Program-made: the position numbers and the translations under genes | Part shown: positions 60,901 through 64,000 of the stretch, in pieces | Layout of the letters: each line of letters begins with the position of its first letter | Numbering within the stretch: the first letter of the stretch is position 1 | Notes under the pieces: model-generated | What the model was told of the DNA's origin: nothing | Database searches by the model: none | What the model saw: only the letters and a program-made list of their open reading frames with translations | Source of the DNA: an uncultured Bifidobacterium sp. | GTDB lineage: Bacteria > Acidobacteriota > Vicinamibacteria > Vicinamibacterales > CAVVIG01 | NCBI GenBank assembly: GCA_964386715.1 | Contig: CAYLTD010000017.1 | Span: 18,344-82,343 of the forward strand | Direction of reading: 5' to 3' | DNA length: 64,000 nucleotides

Positions 60901-63900
60901 TTCGGGCTGCGTGCCCGCACGGAGAATGCGCCGTCGTCGGGCAGGATCAGCCGCAGCGAGAAGCGACCCGCGGCGTCGGTGCTGGTGCCGCAGCGCCAAC
61001 CCGGGGTGCAGCCGGTTCCGGCAATCGTCAGCTCGATGGGCGCACCCTCCAGCGGGAAGACCCCGTCGCCTGCCGTGACCGTTCCCGTCACCGTGGTGGC
61101 GACGCCGGCGGTGAGCACGAGGTCGGTCGACACCACCTGGCCCGACTGCGTGAAGGGCACGGTTGTCACGGTGAACGTGCCGCCTGGGAGGCCGGCCATG
61201 TTGAGCTCGAGCCGCATGCCTTCCACGGGGTACGGCGCGCGCCCCAGCGTGAACGTGCCGTCGGCACCCACCGTCGTGCCGAAGCCCGACCGCCCGCCGA
61301 AGGTCTTCGGGAAGATCACGCCGCCCGGCACCGGCGTGACGCCGTCACGCGCGAACACGCGCCCGGTGAGCGTCACGCTGTAGAACGGCAGGTCGATGGT
61401 GACGTCGATCGCGCCGCTGGCGGCGGCGGAGACCGACCGTTCGAAACGCTGCCCGTCGCCCACCGGCGAGAAGGTGCGGAGCACGACGCCGGCCCCGGTG
61501 ATCGTGCGCGTGCCGAAGTCGAAGCGCCCGGTCGGCAGGCCATTGCAGCCGACGCACGTCGTCGCGAGTACCGTCTCGTCGATGGCCCGCACGAGCTGCA
61601 CCGAGAAGGTGTTCATCGGCGTGAGGCCGTCCGCCTCGGTGATGAGGCCGGTGAGGGCCACCGTGTACGACTGGGGCGTCACGACAATTGGCACGGTGGC
61701 GCCGTCATCCGCAGCGGTCACCTGGGTCGTCGCCAGTTCCAGCACCTGTGTGGTGCTGCCGGGCTGCAGCACACGAATGCGCACGGGTCCTTCGACCACC
61801 TGCGGCGCCTCCACCAGGCCCGCACCGCTGGTCGTTCCGCGGTCCTGGAAGTACGAGAACACCGAATCGTAGGTCTGGACCCCGGCACCGACCACGGGCG
61901 CACCCGGCGCGTTCTGTACCGTGATCGCCAGACGCGCGAGAGCCGGATAGCGCGTATCCGCCGTCAACGCCTGCCCGTCCGTCGTCACCGCGAGGTCTGC
62001 CGTGTCCAGATACGGCCGCGTGAACTGTATGACCGTCAGCGGATGGTAGGCGCGGATCCTGAACAGGCGGTTGAGCGGCACCGGGCCGAACGTGAACTCG
62101 CCGTTCGCGTTGGTGCGCGTGGAGTAGAAGAAGCTACCGGTGGTCTCGACCACGGCACCCGGCACGGACTGGCCGGTGTTCGTCAGGTTCACGTCGACAT
62201 TGGCACCTGCGGACTGCCCGTTGGGACGCCGCACCACGCCGGACACCGAGCCGAAGGCAGGCAGCGCGAGCGTCGTGGTGGCGGACGCCGCCGAGAGTGT
62301 CACGGTCGTCGAACGCGCGAGCACGGTGGGCAGCCCTGGGTGCGAGGCGGTCACGGTGAGCGCGGTGCCCAGCGGGAGATCGGTGAACGGCCCGGCGACG
62401 CCGTCCGCGCCGCTGGCCCGCGTCTGCGTGTTGAGCCCGGCTGCCGACACCTGGACGGTCATGCCAGACAGCGGGTCGCCGCCAGCGCGTGTCACCGTCA
62501 CGCTGAGTGCACCCTTGCCGATGTACTGCAGCGGCACGACCTGCGTCTGGTCGGCGACGACGGTCGCCTGCGCTGATACGGGGAAGCCGCTCACTGGGTC
62601 GGTACTGGTCAGCGTGAACGTCCCCACCGGCACCTCGCCGAAGGTGAACTGCCCGCCGGTGTCGGTGGAAGCCTGGCGATAGAAGTTGCTCCGCGTCAGG
62701 GTGACCGGTCGGCTCGGCTGCAGGTTGCCGGCGGCATCGCGCACCGTGCCGGTGATCGTGCCCGTCGGCTCGATCAGGAGCACGTCGTCGCGCACCTGAC
62801 CCGGCGACACGGTGAGCGTCTGCGGCACGATCTGCAGGCCGGTGCCCTGCGGATGGTCGAGCGTGCCCTCGAGCACGCGGTTGCCGCTCGGGACACCTCC
62901 GAAGAAGTAGCGTCCGTCCGCACCGGTGGTGACGGTATTGACGAAGCGCAGCGTGACCCGGGCACCCGATACGGTCGTGCCGTCCTGCCGGCGGACCACA
63001 CCTTTCATGATGCCGCTCTGCGAGAACACGACGTTGAGCGACGTGGACGTGGCGCCGGTCGCGAAGGCTCCCTGGGCCTGCGGCGAGAAGTTGTTCGACG
63101 ACACGCTGTACTCGGCCGACAGCCGGAAGTCGGCGATCGGCACGGGCCGACCCGCGGCGCCGGTGAACGCGAACTGACCCGAGCCGTTGGTGCCGTAGAA
63201 CCAGCGCCGCGGCAGCACGGGCACGGTGCTTTCGAAGACCACACGGGCACCCGGCACGGGCGTCACCCCGTCACCTTCGAAGACCTGGCCCACCACCGAG
63301 CCGCCAATGGACGGCAGGGCCGCGACAGCGCTGACGCCGTTCGGCGGCACGGCGAAGTTGACCACGGCGCTGATCTCGTCCGCGCTCAGTGCGGCCAGTG
63401 CCTCGGGCGGCAGCTGCTCGAGCCTCTGCGCCGAGGCTTCGGCCCCGCCGAAGTTCGCCTGCAGCGAGACGAAGTGCATGAGCGCGACGGTCCCGCCCGC
63501 GGGCACCGTGACCGACTGCCAGCCGTAGGTGAGGGTCTGCGGTGACGCGTAGCTCACGAGGTCTGCCGCTCGCGCCGCACCCTGGCCCGAGAACACGAAT
63601 GCGGCCGGTGTTCCGGCGTCGAAGGTGTAATACGGGTCCTGGCCCGCGGCGGACGTGACGACCCACCGGTCCGCGGTCTGCGGCGAGCTCGCGTCGGCGA
63701 CACTGTCGCCGCTCGACGTCCGGGCCACGAACACCTGGTTCTCGAAGCCGAAGCGATTGAAGCGGCCGTAGAGCCGGGACGCGACGCGCACGCCGACCTG
63801 GACTGGTGCGCCCGTCGGGTTCTGCAGCACCTCGAGATACCGCGCGAAGTAGCCCGTGTCGGGCACGAAGATCTTGCGTGTGACGTTCAGCCCGTGCAGG

Positions 63901-64000
63901 TTCTCCTGCCGTACGGCCACTTCTCTTCCGCCGTCCTCGCGCGTGCCGAAGCTCGCCCCCGTGAACTGCACGGGGGTGCCGTTCGCGGTCAGCGTCAGGC
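57939..64000 (-). CDS. giant secreted repeat protein, C-terminal 2010+ aa (5' end beyond the window): many CarboxypepD_reg-like beta-sandwich repeats plus three copies of an unrecognised module
   Basis: The reading frame is open to the window edge. It has recurrent motifs of the type G.V.D..G.P..GA.V.L......T.TD..G.F.F..VP.G.Y.V, and three paralogous modules at 57942-58679, 59235-60014 and 63344-64000. Confidence 0.85.
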   Translation of the reverse strand, partial: LTLTANGTPVQFTGASFGTREDGGREVAVRQENLHGLNVTRKIFVPDTGYFARYLEVLQNPTGAPVQVGVRVASRLYGRFNRFGFENQVFVARTSSGDSVADASSPQTADRWVVTSAAGQDPYYTFDAGTPAAFVFSGQGAARAADLVSYASPQTLTYGWQSVTVPAGGTVALMHFVSLQANFGGAEASAQRLEQLPPEALAALSADEISAVVNFAVPPNGVSAVAALPSIGGSVVGQVFEGDGVTPVPGARVVFESTVPVLPRRWFYGTNGSGQFAFTGAAGRPVPIADFRLSAEYSVSSNNFSPQAQGAFATGATSTSLNVVFSQSGIMKGVVRRQDGTTVSGARVTLRFVNTVTTGADGRYFFGGVPSGNRVLEGTLDHPQGTGLQIVPQTLTVSPGQVRDDVLLIEPTGTITGTVRDAAGNLQPSRPVTLTRSNFYRQASTDTGGQFTFGEVPVGTFTLTSTDPVSGFPVSAQATVVADQTQVVPLQYIGKGALSVTVTRAGGDPLSGMTVQVSAAGLNTQTRASGADGVAGPFTDLPLGTALTVTASHPGLPTVLARSTTVTLSAASATTTLALPAFGSVSGVVRRPNGQSAGANVDVNLTNTGQSVPGAVVETTGSFFYSTRTNANGEFTFGPVPLNRLFRIRAYHPLTVIQFTRPYLDTADLAVTTDGQALTADTRYPALARLAITVQNAPGAPVVGAGVQTYDSVFSYFQDRGTTSGAGLVEAPQVVEGPVRIRVLQPGSTTQVLELATTQVTAADDGATVPIVVTPQSYTVALTGLITEADGLTPMNTFSVQLVRAIDETVLATTCVGCNGLPTGRFDFGTRTITGAGVVLRTFSPVGDGQRFERSVSAAASGAIDVTIDLPFYSVTLTGRVFARDGVTPVPGGVIFPKTFGGRSGFGTTVGADGTFTLGRAPYPVEGMRLELNMAGLPGGTFTVTTVPFTQSGQVVSTDLVLTAGVATTVTGTVTAGDGVFPLEGAPIELTIAGTGCTPGWRCGTSTDAAGRFSLRLILPDDGAFSVRARSPKYSGIEVSQPGSNLVQGATVDLGTLTLPMSVVAGTATSGARPVNDLSVVATSNGQAYFADSAFDGRWLFYELPAGTFTVTAQDYGAGTEASVQVDVPTSTSVVTGVPIQLPITGRVEVEVIGTNGDPDSAARVIVSRPSANFERQRSPYDTIGDGLFEFTGLALATYDVRAELEVCDPDCRTLTAYGSADVVDDVTTVHVLLRFDNLPQAVVRVLDGTGQPVVNETVQVWITALAGAGQGLERTITTNDDGVLAVAGVPEGSFVAAVRRESSGEVGYATGTASPTAGSTTTVTLSTSAFALYGSCIPSRPECPQNDGVVSLWSGDRYFAMGPRGDLVDVLRVEQGTIVSNGAFRYTGRLNVGAPVCCSPAVSIGGDGAEYTLAPVAAAGAPGIVVQRRMRPSASGSFVRLLDTFTNTTTNPITFTAQHATQPNQSSSWGAEVHPSATSPGYVVRYAGDNSAESFAVVYGGADAPVLPFLVYDDGFSMFASMTPLTLQPGESRSLLHFVVARNPDDVAGVEAAAQALGALADPEALAGLSRQDRLRVANFRIVVPPPGPGTLRVALTGPDGQPLTGARVAVTGPQVAEQRDVNDADSDGLFHFGGLPEGTYHVQARLDDCAFDPCELFTSADAPVSADETATLNLSFQALAQLRVRVLDEEGAPLANTALEVDVRGVSASGPLGSYRRSVQLTTDAAGSFDLANLPAGRNEVVVVVPTLDRGGAASATLTPVVPTDLDITLSAGVLRLVSSTIGRAGFDNFFYFVGDAGAVQGGFFDGTQITQLNSFNPAGELAGFGIPVCCSLFAVEVGREWTMSPMPLERAPGVLVTRRLFVPDAGGFLRYFDVITNTTPSAWTVPIGMWVTPGASTTVVADVTPSSTSGGYLVNRDPAGQASSFAVVYAGVNAPIVPARLLSDDQRVIQPTATLTVQPGQSLALLHYVLLRGPDNSGDAVAAAAALAGLTDPDVMLENLTPADRALIVNFQVPLP

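Overview
GC-rich bacterial chromosomal window. The pilin style and a giant protein rich in CarboxypepD_reg-like repeats suggest Acidobacteriota-like origin, but that is inference only. Almost everything from 1.7 to 64 kb is on the minus strand.

Three blocks dominate:
(1) 1.7-22.3 kb: a Myxococcus-type type IVa pilus (T4P) locus. In minus-strand order it reads OM beta-barrel, pilB, pilT, pilC, pilS, pilR, two tandem pilins, a VKOR-DsbA fusion, an ABC ATPase plus ABC-2 permease, a TPR-like protein and pilD. It continues with a second histidine kinase, three minor-pilin-like genes, a secreted coiled-coil protein and a second sigma54 activator.
(2) 22.5-29.3 kb, plus strand: MarR, a MacA-like adaptor, two MacB-type permeases with no ATPase gene, and a second EF-G paralog.
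(3) 29.4-48.9 kb: an uninterrupted str-S10-spc-alpha ribosomal superoperon running rpsL to rplQ, including secY, adk, map, infA and rpoA, but with no tuf.

The rest holds a tightly packed run of CBS, a TehB-like methyltransferase, an ATP-dependent DNA ligase and a PP2C phosphatase. It also holds an M32 carboxypeptidase, a cupin, GluQRS, a Cys-less thioredoxin-fold protein, and the C-terminal 2010+ aa of a giant secreted repeat protein.

Most notable observations:
- A family of intergenic hairpins built from tandem 7-8-nt words (GGTGA/TCACC type) sits inside the ribosomal operon.
- The giant protein carries an unrecognised module of about 250 aa in three copies.
- A kinase / sigma54-promoter / minor-pilin / activator module is appended to the pilus locus.
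- One pilin gene has a canonical enhancer / AT-tract / -24/-12 promoter architecture.

I found no tRNA, rRNA, CRISPR array, IS element or prophage gene. Many long ORFs in the track are antisense artefacts of high GC content.
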